This document shows positions 29,116-38,920 of a stretch of DNA of 64,000 bases, piece after piece. The stretch's first letter is position 1. Every line of letters starts with the position of its first letter. Under the pieces are notes generated by a model. That model made no database searches, was not told the DNA's origin, and saw nothing but the letters and a program-made list of their open reading frames with translations. The position numbers and the translations under genes were made by a program. This stretch comes from Candidatus Latescibacterota bacterium (GTDB lineage Bacteria > Latescibacterota > UBA2968 > UBA8231). The DNA is taken from positions 672,001 to 736,000 of the forward strand of contig CBDAOB010000005.1 of NCBI GenBank assembly GCA_965197905.1. Direction: 5' to 3'.

Positions 29116-30309
29116 ATGAAGATCAAATCGATCAGATCCGTCGATGTAACGTTCCCCACCACCGCACCTGCGAAGACCAAGAAAATCACTTACAAGACAG
29201 CCAGACGTCCGTCCTGGGCGGAGACCGGACCGGTCGCCAATCCGATGACACGCTATCCACGTTATGCCGAGTTTCGCCCTTCGTGGATGCCGACCTGGAG
29301 GAACTTCGGATGTGTCGTCGAAGCGGAAGACGGCACCTGGGGGTTCGCCACGGCCAGCCACGGTCGCCCGGTGGCCGCCATCATCGATGACCACCTGGGG
29401 CCGCGGCTCGAGGGCGAGAGCTGCCTGGCTACCGAGAAGTGTTACGACATGATGGTGCGTTTGGGCGCCCCTTACGGCGCGACCGGGCTCCACGCCTATG
29501 CCGTTAGTGCAATCGATCTGGCTTTGTGGGATCTGAAAGGGAAGTTGCTGCAGCGACCGGTCTACGAGCTGCTCGGCGGCCCTGCTCGCGACGAGCTTTT
29601 CTGCTACGCCACCGGAGGCGATGCAGATTGGTACCGCGAGCTCGGTTTTACCGCGATCAAGCTTCCGTGCCCGTACGGCCCGGACGATGGTCTCGAGAGG
29701 CTCCAGAAGAACGTCGAGATGGTGGCGAAAACCCGGGACCTGGTCGGTGACGGGACGGAGCTGATGCTGGATTGCTGGATGGCGTTCGACGTGGAGTACG
29801 CGGTGCGCCTGGCAGAGGCGTTGCGGCCCTACAATCTCAAATGGATGGAAGAGGTCCTGAGGTCTGAAGACTTCGATGCCCATGCTGAACTGCGCCAGCG
29901 GGTCCCGTGGCAAACTTTGGCTACGGGCGAGCACTGGTACACAACCGTGCCGTTTCAGCACGCCGCCAAACGTCAGCTGGTAGACATCCTGCAGCCAGAT
30001 ATCGGCTGGGTTGGAGGTCTCACCGCCATGGTCAAAATCTGCGCCATCGCCGAGGCAGCGGGCATCTCCGTCATTCCTCACGGCGGTGGCAACTCGCCCT
30101 ACGGACACCATGCGTGTTATGGGCTGCCGGCCATTCCCTGGACCGAGTGTTTCATAGCGACCCCACCCGGCGTTCCTCCGCAGGAAGCTCCGTGGATGCC
30201 CGGAGTAGCTGCTCCCGACAAGGGCCGCATGCGGCCGTCAAACAGCCCCGGCTTTGGCCTGGAGATCAACCTGACAGATGTATCGCCATTCGATCACCGG
30301 AAGGCGTGA
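29116..30309 (+). CDS. L-rhamnonate dehydratase-like enolase-superfamily enzyme
   Basis: ANPMTRY, IDLALWDL, LMLDCWM, WMEE, TGEH, QPDIGWVGG. Confidence 0.8.
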   Translation: MKIKSIRSVDVTFPTTAPAKTKKITYKTARRPSWAETGPVANPMTRYPRYAEFRPSWMPTWRNFGCVVEAEDGTWGFATASHGRPVAAIIDDHLGPRLEGESCLATEKCYDMMVRLGAPYGATGLHAYAVSAIDLALWDLKGKLLQRPVYELLGGPARDELFCYATGGDADWYRELGFTAIKLPCPYGPDDGLERLQKNVEMVAKTRDLVGDGTELMLDCWMAFDVEYAVRLAEALRPYNLKWMEEVLRSEDFDAHAELRQRVPWQTLATGEHWYTTVPFQHAAKRQLVDILQPDIGWVGGLTAMVKICAIAEAAGISVIPHGGGNSPYGHHACYGLPAIPWTECFIATPPGVPPQEAPWMPGVAAPDKGRMRPSNSPGFGLEINLTDVSPFDHRKA

Positions 30310-30369
30310 CGATACGGTGACCGGAAACCACAACCAGTGCCGCGAACTTAAATGGACCGGATCTCGACG

Positions 30370-31773
30370 ATGACCGAAGCGCCGCTTCATTTCAAAACCA
30401 TCACTCAGCTTGCTGAGCTGATCAAATCAAAGCAACTGTCGCCGGTAGAACTCGCCGAGAAGTCGCTTCGGCGCATCGAGGAGCATGATGCCCGATTCAA
30501 GAGCTACGCCACCGTGATGGCGGATCAGGCACTGGCAGCAGCTCAGGATGCGGAGAAGGACATCATTTCAGGTGCCTACCGCGGGCTCTTGCACGGAGTT
30601 CCGCTGGCGGTCAAGGATCTATGTTTTACCCAAGGCGTTCGCACCATGGGAGGAACCAAGGTGCTGGCCGATCACGTACCTTCCTTCGATGCAACCGTCG
30701 TAACAAGACTCAAAGCAGCGGGCGCGGTGTTGCTGGGCAAGCTCAACATGACCGAAGGCGCGATGGCGGGCTACAATCCGGTGCGCGATATCCCCATCAA
30801 TCCCTGGAACGCCGAGCGCTGGACCGGCTCTTCGTCCAGCGGCTCGGGGGTGGCGACGGCGGCGGGTTTGTGCTTCGGATCGCTTGGCAGCGACACGGGC
30901 GGCTCCATTCGTTTCCCTTCAGCATGCAACGGCATAGTCGGTCTCAAACCGACGTGGGGGAGAGTCAGTCGCTACGGGGTGCTCGCTCTTGCCGAGTCGC
31001 TGGACCACGTGGGACCGATGACCAGGAGTACGGCCGATGCGGGCATCATGCTGCAGGCGATCGCTGGGCACGATCCCCATGACCCTACCTCGTTGTCCGC
31101 GCCGGTCCCCGATATGCTGGCAGGTATCGACAGAGAGATCGCCGGCATTCGCATCGGTTTCAATGAACGATTCGCCACTGAAGGCATCGACCCTGAACTG
31201 GTCGAGGCGGTTAACGCGGGGGTGAAGGTTCTTCGGGATCTGGGAGTCGAGGTGGTCGAGGTGGAACTGCCAGACATGGATCAGTACACCTCGGCGTGGC
31301 CGGTTTTGTGTACCGCGGAGGCGGTTCTGGCCCACGAGGCCACCTATCCATCGAGGAAGGACGAGTACGGTCCCTGGCTCCGGGAATGGCTGGACCGGGG
31401 CGCGAGGGTCGCGGGGGCCGACTACGCCCGGGCCAACAACCTGCGCGCCGAGTGCGCGGGTCATCTTCGCCGAGTGCTCGAGGAGGCGGATCTGCTTGCC
31501 TGCCCGACGACGGCTGGACCGCCGTACCCGATCACACCCCAGGAACTGTATGGGGGCATTGCCAAAGAGCGCGAACCCAAGTTCCAGCGGTTCACGGCGC
31601 CGTTCAACTTCAGCGGTGGCCCCACGCTGTCGCTACCGTGCGGACTGAACAGCGAAGGTTTGCCCCTCAGTCTTCAACTAGCCGGCAGACATTTGTCCGA
31701 ACCGTTGCTCTGCCAGGTGGGTCACGCCTATGAGCAGGCAACCGAATGGCACCGGTTACATCCTGATATCTGA
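30370..31773 (+). CDS. Amidase (AS family, GatA-like)
   Basis: AVKD, GSSSSGS, GSDTGGSIRFPS; alternative start at 30352. Confidence 0.9.
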   Translation: MTEAPLHFKTITQLAELIKSKQLSPVELAEKSLRRIEEHDARFKSYATVMADQALAAAQDAEKDIISGAYRGLLHGVPLAVKDLCFTQGVRTMGGTKVLADHVPSFDATVVTRLKAAGAVLLGKLNMTEGAMAGYNPVRDIPINPWNAERWTGSSSSGSGVATAAGLCFGSLGSDTGGSIRFPSACNGIVGLKPTWGRVSRYGVLALAESLDHVGPMTRSTADAGIMLQAIAGHDPHDPTSLSAPVPDMLAGIDREIAGIRIGFNERFATEGIDPELVEAVNAGVKVLRDLGVEVVEVELPDMDQYTSAWPVLCTAEAVLAHEATYPSRKDEYGPWLREWLDRGARVAGADYARANNLRAECAGHLRRVLEEADLLACPTTAGPPYPITPQELYGGIAKEREPKFQRFTAPFNFSGGPTLSLPCGLNSEGLPLSLQLAGRHLSEPLLCQVGHAYEQATEWHRLHPDI

Positions 31774-31804
31774 GGCGCCAGATGTCAGCAGCAGGGAGTA
31801 AGAG

Positions 31805-32209
31805 ATGGCAGACGCATTCAATGTTCCCGGGGTAGTCAAGCCGTTTGGCGTGTTCTCCAGCGCTGCCTGGCAGCCCCGGGGTCGGGTGCTGCATGTTTCG
31901 GGTCATGTCTCCCAGAACGAAAGCGGTGCAACCGTCGGCAAGGGAAGCATGGAAACGCAGACGCGGCAGGTGCTCGAGAATATCCGAGATGTGTTGGCTC
32001 ACGCCGGCGGTACCATGGACGATGTGGCCAAGGTAACCGTGTTCGTGACCGATGTTTCCGAGATTGGGACCATCCACGAGGTCCGCCGTGAGTACTTCAA
32101 GGAACCGTATCCCGCCAGCACGCTGGTGCAGGTGGCCCAGCTCATCGACCCCGACTGGCTGATCGAGATCGAGGCGGTGGCCGTCATCCCGGACGATCGC
32201 GCGGTCTAA
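31805..32209 (+). CDS. RidA/YjgF family protein
   Basis: QTRQVLENI, YPASTLV, LIEIEAVA. Confidence 0.9.
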   Translation: MADAFNVPGVVKPFGVFSSAAWQPRGRVLHVSGHVSQNESGATVGKGSMETQTRQVLENIRDVLAHAGGTMDDVAKVTVFVTDVSEIGTIHEVRREYFKEPYPASTLVQVAQLIDPDWLIEIEAVAVIPDDRAV

Positions 32210-33384
32210 CTTCGCTCGATCTTGCTCCTGGGGATCAGCAGCGGCACCATCCAGGCGGTGTAGATTAAACCGCAGACAAGAAGCATCCCTCCAAACGCTA
32301 AAAAACCGACGCGAAAAGCCCCCTCGCCGACGATGTTTCCCATGGCGAGAAAGGTCAGGATTCCCCAGAGCTCGATGGAGACACCGCGCACCGATGCCAC
32401 TGTCGCCCGGGTTGCGGACGGAATCATATGCTGCAGCCGGCCATCGAACACAACGTCCGCCGTCTGGATGAGGAAGGTGATGATCACCAAGAAGGCGATG
32501 CTGGCAGGTGTCATCTGCCAGGCGGCCAGGAGCAACAGGACTCCGCACAGAAGGATCGAAGCGCAGAATATACGCGTTGGCCAGTTCTCAAAACGATGGG
32601 CAACGAAACTCGACGCCGCCGGAACGGCATAGACCACAGCCAGGAATAAGCCCAAGGAGTATTTCGGCAATCCCGCTTCCGTGGCGAAGAGAGGCCAGTA
32701 CTCGTCGAGCACGCCCCCGATTGTGACCGTGATTGCCACGAAAACTATGAGACGAAAAACCGCTGGTTCATGAATCACGTAACCGACTCCGCTTTTCAAG
32801 AGCCTGAGATAGGTGTGCTCTGACGTTGCTTCCACGGCCGGGGCTTCAGGTAGGGTCAGCAATAAGGCGAATGCGAGGAGCACGGCGGCCGCGCTGCCCC
32901 ATACGAGAAGGTCGTACCCGTAGCCGAACAGTGCGGTTGCCGCCAACGAGGAAACGATCAAACCGCCGTAGCGCAGACTGCGCGTGCGCCCAAGTACCTT
33001 GACGTATTCCGATTCCCGCTCCAAGCGTTTGAGCTCGTCATAGACCAGCGCTTCGAATGATCCTGAGGAAAGGGCGCTTTCGGTGCCCCAGAGCACGAAA
33101 CCGATAAAAAAACCCCAGAAGTCGGGGTAGAGCACCCAACAGGCATATCCACACGCGCGGATCAGCTCGCCCGCTGCCATGACCCATTTGCGCGAGAACC
33201 GATCCGCCAGCGCACCCGAAGGTACCTCCAGGGCGACGCAGGTGCCGGACCAGGCGGCGAAGAGGATCGAGACCTCCAATCCGCTCAAACCGTAGTCGAC
33301 AAACATGACGGCGTAGAACGGGTAGATGAGCATGAGCTCATCCAGGAAGCTGAAGGCGTACAACCTGAAGAGAAAGCTTTTCAA
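32206..33384 (-). CDS. MFS transporter
   Basis: EVPSGALADRFSRK, SGSFEALVYD, about 12 hydrophobic segments. Confidence 0.88.
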   Translation of the reverse strand: MKSFLFRLYAFSFLDELMLIYPFYAVMFVDYGLSGLEVSILFAAWSGTCVALEVPSGALADRFSRKWVMAAGELIRACGYACWVLYPDFWGFFIGFVLWGTESALSSGSFEALVYDELKRLERESEYVKVLGRTRSLRYGGLIVSSLAATALFGYGYDLLVWGSAAAVLLAFALLLTLPEAPAVEATSEHTYLRLLKSGVGYVIHEPAVFRLIVFVAITVTIGGVLDEYWPLFATEAGLPKYSLGLFLAVVYAVPAASSFVAHRFENWPTRIFCASILLCGVLLLLAAWQMTPASIAFLVIITFLIQTADVVFDGRLQHMIPSATRATVASVRGVSIELWGILTFLAMGNIVGEGAFRVGFLAFGGMLLVCGLIYTAWMVPLLIPRSKIERS

Positions 33385-33569
33385 GGGGTTCTTATATGTC
33401 TGTTTCGAAATGTGTATCGTAGATGCCGGTGCATGCGGACGAACTGATGTAGCCGCTTGCGCAATGGTATCGCGTAGCTACCTTATACTTACGCAATCTC
33501 TGCGTTCATTTTCGCCCTCTGTCTCGATGTATTCGCTGCGTGCATGCCGACGCTTGGTAGATAAAAAAC

Positions 33570-33797
33570 ATGGAAGATCTGCAGCCTGACGAAGTGTTAG
33601 CTGATATAATAGGTGATACGCCGCGCCCACGTACCGAAATCATGCAGAATTTCTGGCAATACGTTAGAGAGCAGGGATTGCAGGACGCGGGGCGGCGCGA
33701 AGTCAAGATCGACGACAAGCTGAAACCGGTCCTGGGGGACGAGAAGAAGGTGAGTATCTTTCTCGTGGCCAACCTCGTGGAGCAGCACCTCAGCTAG
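33570..33797 (+). CDS. SWIB/MDM2 domain protein
   Basis: LADIIG...RTEI...WQYVREQGLQD...DDKLKPV. Confidence 0.85.
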   Translation: MEDLQPDEVLADIIGDTPRPRTEIMQNFWQYVREQGLQDAGRREVKIDDKLKPVLGDEKKVSIFLVANLVEQHLS

Positions 33798-33818
33798 CCG
33801 GTCCACAAGAGGACCGCA

Positions 33819-35420
33819 CTGCCCGTTTTCGACTATCACGAGGCGACGAAACACTCCTTCCAGCAGTATGCCAGGGGCCCGGGGTATATGGACTGGGCCA
33901 CTCAGCCGAATCCCTTTCGTCGGTTTGAGGGCGCAAGGCTACTGCCGCTGCAGAAAATTTCCCCTTCAGAAGAACCGCTGTACGACCACGCATTCCTTCC
34001 AGGCCGCATATCTTCCCAGTCGGTGAATCGGCTGAGCATCTCTCAGCTGTTCTATGACAGTTTGGCTATATCGGCCTGGAAAAGTATCGGCGAGACCAGC
34101 TGGGCTCTTCGGGTTAATCCCTCGAGTGGCAATCTGCACCCGACCGAGGGTTACCTGATTTGCGGCCCCATAGAAAACCTCTGCAGCACACCGATCGTCG
34201 GCCATTACGCACCAAAGGAGCATGGGTTGGAGGTTCGGGCAGAATATCCCCTTGAATTGTGGAAGACTTTGCGGGCGAGATTTCCCGAGAACGTTTTCTT
34301 CATCGGACTCAGTTCCATTCACTGGCGGGAGGCCTGGAAGTATGGCGAGCGTGCCTTTCGATATTGTCAGCATGATGCAGGTCACGCCATAGGTGCTATT
34401 GCCATAGCTGCCGCCGGAATGGGCTGGAAGACAAAAGTCCTGGAGGATTTGGGGACAGACGAGCTGGGGTTGCTCATGGGTTTGTCTCAAGAGCACGATG
34501 GCGAATCGGAAGAGCCTGATCTGCTGTTGGCAGTGACGCGATCGGAAGAGCAGATGGTCGAGTCAGGTCTTCCCGCTGATTGCGTGCGGACCTTCGAGTC
34601 GCTTGCCTGGCGAGGCCGACCCAATCGACTGAGTCCGTCCCACGTCGATTGGGGCATGAATGAAATGGCCAAAGCGGCGAGGAAACCGCAGGGTGCCAGC
34701 CGCTATGAACCAGTTTGGAATTTGCCGCAACAGCGGGAGTTGCCCGTTCGCCCGGTTGCTCTCCGCAGCATGATTCGCCAGCGCCGTAGTGCGGTTTCCA
34801 TGGACGGAGAGTCGCACATTTCCAGGGACACGTTCTATCGTATCCTGCAAAATACTCAGGCCGTACCGGGAAACATGCCTTTCAACGCCCTCCCCTGGAA
34901 GTCCCATATACACCTGGCCATTTTTGTCCACCGGGTGGAGGATCTAGCCCCAGGACTCTACTTCTTAGTGCGGGACCCGGCACAGAGAAGAAACCTTGAA
35001 GCGGCAATAACCCGGGCTGACCAATGGCATCGACCCGTTGAATGTCCAGAGCAACTGGAGCTGTTCTGCGTTGTGGAGGGCGACATGCGGAATGCTGCCC
35101 GGCAGGTTTCCTGTGGTCAGGAAATCGCCAGTGATGGTTGTTTCAGTCTTGGTATGATCGCCGAATACGAGGAATCACTGAAACGGTACGGTCCATGGTT
35201 TTATTCGCGGCTTTTCTGGGAAGCCGGCATCGTCGGGCAAGTGCTCTATCTAGAAGCCGAGGCCGCAGGCATTCGAAGCACTGGCATCGGTTGCTACTTC
35301 GACGATCCCATGCACGAAATCCTCGGCCTGAGAGACCGAAAATATCAAGATCTCTACCATTTCACGATCGGTGGACCGGTCGAGGACAGCAGGCTCACAA
35401 CCCTCCCAGCCTATCCGTAA
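33819..35420 (+). CDS. SagB/ThcOx-like tandem nitroreductase
   Basis: YHEATKH, DWATQP, RVNPSSGNLHP, WKYGERAFRYC, RRSA, GIGCYFDD. Family-like sequence begins upstream of ATG 33888; possible CTG start near 33819. Confidence 0.85.
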   Translation: MPVFDYHEATKHSFQQYARGPGYMDWATQPNPFRRFEGARLLPLQKISPSEEPLYDHAFLPGRISSQSVNRLSISQLFYDSLAISAWKSIGETSWALRVNPSSGNLHPTEGYLICGPIENLCSTPIVGHYAPKEHGLEVRAEYPLELWKTLRARFPENVFFIGLSSIHWREAWKYGERAFRYCQHDAGHAIGAIAIAAAGMGWKTKVLEDLGTDELGLLMGLSQEHDGESEEPDLLLAVTRSEEQMVESGLPADCVRTFESLAWRGRPNRLSPSHVDWGMNEMAKAARKPQGASRYEPVWNLPQQRELPVRPVALRSMIRQRRSAVSMDGESHISRDTFYRILQNTQAVPGNMPFNALPWKSHIHLAIFVHRVEDLAPGLYFLVRDPAQRRNLEAAITRADQWHRPVECPEQLELFCVVEGDMRNAARQVSCGQEIASDGCFSLGMIAEYEESLKRYGPWFYSRLFWEAGIVGQVLYLEAEAAGIRSTGIGCYFDDPMHEILGLRDRKYQDLYHFTIGGPVEDSRLTTLPAYP

Positions 35421-35508
35421 GCGCAGCTATAGGAGAGATTGGGCAGGTTACGTACACCGCATGATGGCTCCGCAGGACAGCTCCACCTATGCCTCCCAAG
35501 TTCGGTGA

Positions 35509-36003
35509 CTATTCGATCGTTACACCAACCTTGTGGATATCGATCCATGCGGACGTAACCGTCTTCAGCATGTGTGCCGTACGCATGATCGTTTGACGGA
35601 ACCACCGGGTTCCCGCATCATCCGCCGACAGAAAGGCGATCGCGTCATCCGGCTTCATCCAGCGATACTCTGAATGTTCCGCGTCCGCTTCTACGGTATC
35701 GTTTCCCGTGATCGAACAACAGAACATGACTCCTTGTAGCTCGTTCTCGGGTTTCTCCTCGCCGCGGTAGAAGTGGGTCAGACCGATGATGAAGTCGATA
35801 GTCACGCGAAGCCCGGTCTCCTCCGCCACTTCGCGATGCAGGGCTTCCTCGAACCCCTCTCCCTGATTTACGCGGCCGGTGACGCATTCCCAGACATCGG
35901 CGCCAAAATCACGATCGGGGACCCGCTTCATCATCAGGTAAGCGCCATCGCGGTTGCGGATCAGTCCGGCGATGCCGGTCAAGAAGGTGCCTGGTTCATG
36001 CAT
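35509..36003 (-). CDS. NUDIX hydrolase
   Basis: GRVNQGEGFEEALHREVAEETGL Nudix box. Confidence 0.9.
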   Translation of the reverse strand: MHEPGTFLTGIAGLIRNRDGAYLMMKRVPDRDFGADVWECVTGRVNQGEGFEEALHREVAEETGLRVTIDFIIGLTHFYRGEEKPENELQGVMFCCSITGNDTVEADAEHSEYRWMKPDDAIAFLSADDAGTRWFRQTIMRTAHMLKTVTSAWIDIHKVGVTIE

Positions 36004-36031
36004 AGTTCACGCGCAAGAAATAGCTATTGGT

Positions 36032-37885
36032 TCAACGACCCTTGCCCCCTTGCCCATTTTTCTGGGCCCGCTGGCGCACGCCGTGCTGCAGCTCCTTCTT
36101 GCGTACACGCAGCTCTCCGGGGGTAACCTCGAGCAGCTCGTCTTCACCCAGGTAATCGATGGCGTCATCCAGAGACATGATGCGCGGCGGCGAGAGTGCC
36201 TCGGCGATCGCCTTCGGAGTCGTGCGGTGGCCCGTCAAGTTCTTTGTGCGGCAAACGTTCAACACCAGATCCTCGTTGCGAATCGTCTGGCCGACGACCT
36301 GTCCGCCGTAAACCTGATCCCCAGGGCGGATAAAGAAGGTACCGCGCTGCTGCAGGTGCTCCAGGGCGTAGGCGCTGGTAGTACCGGTTTCGTGTGAGAT
36401 CAGCGAACCGTGCCCGGAGGTTTCGATTTCACCGGCGAGGGGTTGATTGCCTTCGAACAAGGTATTGAAGGTGCCAGTCCCGCGCGTAGCGTTGAGGAAG
36501 GGTTGGCGAAAACCCAGCACGCCGCGCGTCGGCACCAGGAACTCGGCGAATACGGTGCCGTCTTCACCGTGGCGGATATTCTGCACCTGCCCCCGGCGCT
36601 TGCCCAGCATCTGACTCACCGGCCCTAGATACTCGTTGAGCACTTCGACAAAAACGCGCTCGATGGGTTCGAGAAGACCTCGTTCGCTCTCGCGGAAAAT
36701 CACTTCGGGTTTGCCGACGGCAAACTCAAATCCTTCGCGCCTCATGGTCTCGATCAGAATGGCCAGGTGCAGCTCGCCCCGACCCGAAACGATGAATTCT
36801 CCGGAATGTTCGGTTTCGGCCAACCGCAGAGCAACATTGCTTTCGAGTTCGTCGACGAGGCGCTTGTGTATCTCCCGACTGGTGACAAAGCGCCCTACGC
36901 GTCCCGAGAACGGACTGTCGCTGACCTTGAAGAGCATGCGTACCGTCGGATCCTCGACCGTTATCGGCGGCAGGGGTCGAGGGTCGAGGGGGCAGGCCAG
37001 AGTGTCGCCGATTCCGACTTCAGCCACGCCGGAGACGGCGACGATATTGCCAGCGTTCACCTCCTCCACGGCCACGCGCTTCAAGTTGCGGAAAACGAAG
37101 ACCTGACCGACGGTGGCGGTGCGGGTCTCACCTTCAACGTTGATATGGGCGATTTGCTGTCCGGCACGAATGACACCGCTGCTGAGGCGTCCCACTGCGA
37201 TCTTGCCAACGTAGCTGCTGTGCTCCAAGGTCGTGACCAACAGCTGGGAAGCACTGTCCGCATCTATTTGGGGGGGAGGCAGGTGTTCGATGATGGTCTC
37301 GAACAGCGGGCGCAAATCGTCGGCCAGATCGATGGGTGCCAATCCTGCGCGTCCTTCGAGAGCCCGGGTGAAAACCACTGGAAAGTCGGCCTGGTGGTCT
37401 TCGGCGCCAAGATCGACAAAAAGGTCGAAAGTGGCATTGACCACCTCGTCGGGCCGGGCAGCCGGCCGATCCACCTTGTTGACTACCACCACCACCCTGT
37501 GGCCCCGGTTCAATGCCTGGCGGAGCACGAAGCGGGTCTGGGGCATGGGGCCTTCCACCGCATCCACCAGCAGCACGACACCGTCGACCATATTCATTAT
37601 ACGCTCGACTTCGCCGCCGAAATCGGCATGACCAGGGGTGTCGACGATATTGATCGTAGTATCCCCGTAGAGGACTCCAGTATTCTTGGCGAGGATGGTG
37701 ATGCCGCGCTCGCGCTCGAGATCATTGGAGTCGAGCACTCGCTCGGCCACCTCCTGGTTGGTCCTAAACACATTGGTCTGACGCAGCATGCCGTCCACCA
37801 GCGTAGTTTTGCCATGGTCGACATGCGCAATGATAGCCACGTTGCGGATGTTGGCGGGCGTTGCGACGCGGTCGATCTCAGTCAT
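36032..37885 (-). CDS. typA: Translational GTPase TypA/BipA
   Basis: [50 protein letters not shown]. Confidence 0.95.
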   Translation of the reverse strand: MTEIDRVATPANIRNVAIIAHVDHGKTTLVDGMLRQTNVFRTNQEVAERVLDSNDLERERGITILAKNTGVLYGDTTINIVDTPGHADFGGEVERIMNMVDGVVLLVDAVEGPMPQTRFVLRQALNRGHRVVVVVNKVDRPAARPDEVVNATFDLFVDLGAEDHQADFPVVFTRALEGRAGLAPIDLADDLRPLFETIIEHLPPPQIDADSASQLLVTTLEHSSYVGKIAVGRLSSGVIRAGQQIAHINVEGETRTATVGQVFVFRNLKRVAVEEVNAGNIVAVSGVAEVGIGDTLACPLDPRPLPPITVEDPTVRMLFKVSDSPFSGRVGRFVTSREIHKRLVDELESNVALRLAETEHSGEFIVSGRGELHLAILIETMRREGFEFAVGKPEVIFRESERGLLEPIERVFVEVLNEYLGPVSQMLGKRRGQVQNIRHGEDGTVFAEFLVPTRGVLGFRQPFLNATRGTGTFNTLFEGNQPLAGEIETSGHGSLISHETGTTSAYALEHLQQRGTFFIRPGDQVYGGQVVGQTIRNEDLVLNVCRTKNLTGHRTTPKAIAEALSPPRIMSLDDAIDYLGEDELLEVTPGELRVRKKELQHGVRQRAQKNGQGGKGR

Positions 37886-37920
37886 CAGTATCGTAGGATC
37901 CGGACGGCTAGGCGGTTACT

Positions 37921-37956
37921 AAAAAAGGATCCTGACTCGATCTTCAGGATCCCTTT
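37921..37956 (-). terminator. Intrinsic terminator in the typA leader
   Basis: Minus strand AAAGGGATCCTGA-AGATCGAG-TCAGGATCC-TTTTTT, ending 36 bp before the typA start. Confidence 0.75.
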
Positions 37957-38002
37957 CATCTGGCAGTCCCAAGTTACATCCAAGATAGGGCATGAGGGTC
38001 AA

Positions 38003-38068
38003 TCAGAGAACCGGTGCCTTGCCGGTGTCAGGCCAACAACGACACGCGCTGCGATCGCCGGTGGACAT
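38003..38068 (-). CDS. Putative 21-aa leader peptide MSTGDRSACRCWPDTGKAPVL
   Basis: AAAGGA RBS 7 nt before ATG; stop 47 bp before the terminator. Confidence 0.45.
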   Translation of the reverse strand: MSTGDRSACRCWPDTGKAPVL

Positions 38069-38097
38069 GGAGTCGTCCTTTCGTAGGTTGCATCACG

Positions 38098-38487
38098 ATG
38101 ATTCATAAACAAGGAAACGGCATCTTCGTGTTCGGAGAAAACACCGACCAGCTCGATCCGAAGGATGTAGAGTCGATTGCACCGCTCATCGGCATCGGTT
38201 GCCAGTCCGGCGACACGGTTATGGGTTTATCGGCGGTGCGGCGCGGGGCGACCTTCGCCTTCGTGTTCGTGGCGACGGAACTGGCGGCCGGCACGTTGCG
38301 GGAATTGGAGCGCCGTCATTCCGGATCCCGGCTGTTCCGCGTCGCGGACATGACCAGCTTGACGGCGGCCGCGGGGCGCGCAGACGTATCTGTCTTAGGT
38401 GTAAAGCCAGGTTCACTGGCTGACGGTATTGCCGCCAAGCTGTCAGTGTCAGGTCCACCACAAGAAACGCCCGGAGGCAAGGGATAG
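38098..38487 (+). CDS. L7Ae/L30e/YlxQ-like RNA-binding protein
   Basis: LIGIG...VMGLSAV...LTAAAGR...VLGV...LADGI pattern; start uncertain. Confidence 0.6.
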   Translation: MIHKQGNGIFVFGENTDQLDPKDVESIAPLIGIGCQSGDTVMGLSAVRRGATFAFVFVATELAAGTLRELERRHSGSRLFRVADMTSLTAAAGRADVSVLGVKPGSLADGIAAKLSVSGPPQETPGGKG

Positions 38488-38500
38488 GCTTCGACGGCTC

Positions 38501-38869
38501 ATGCCACGAAAAAGAGTGGTCAACTCCAGGCCAGTATACTCATCCCAATCGGGCCGCCTCTGCTCCGACTGTGGCAAACCGGTGTCCGAATGTTCGTGCA
38601 AGACCGGTCAACAGGGGCGTGCGGCGAAGGATGGCATCGCGCGCGTCGGTCGCGAGACCAAGGGCCGGAAAGGCAAGGGCGTTACCATAGTAACCGGCGT
38701 GCCGCTGGCGGGTGCTGAGCTGGAAAATCTGGCGAAGGAACTGAAGGCGAAATGCGGAGCCGGCGGCACCTTGAAGCAGGGCGTTATCGAGATTCAGGGA
38801 GATCACCGGGACGCGATCGTTGCCCTGCTGCAAGAGAAAGGGTTTGTGGCGAAGCGTGCCGGCGGGTAG
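38501..38869 (+). CDS. yciH: SUI1/YciH translation initiation factor
   Basis: [29 protein letters not shown]. Confidence 0.9.
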   Translation: MPRKRVVNSRPVYSSQSGRLCSDCGKPVSECSCKTGQQGRAAKDGIARVGRETKGRKGKGVTIVTGVPLAGAELENLAKELKAKCGAGGTLKQGVIEIQGDHRDAIVALLQEKGFVAKRAGG

Positions 38870-38920
38870 TTGCGTCGGTTTAGCACGTAGGGTTGAACAA
38901 CAAACGCTGAGGAGACAGCA

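Noticed and set aside
33819..35420. RiPP (thiazole/oxazole) biosynthetic cluster
   Set aside because: No YcaO or precursor peptide nearby; this tandem nitroreductase commonly stands alone.
36767..38086. 439-aa plus-strand ORF and similar long antisense ORFs (e.g. 12285-13346, 28966-30111)
   Set aside because: Antisense shadows of well-supported genes, expected in high-GC DNA.
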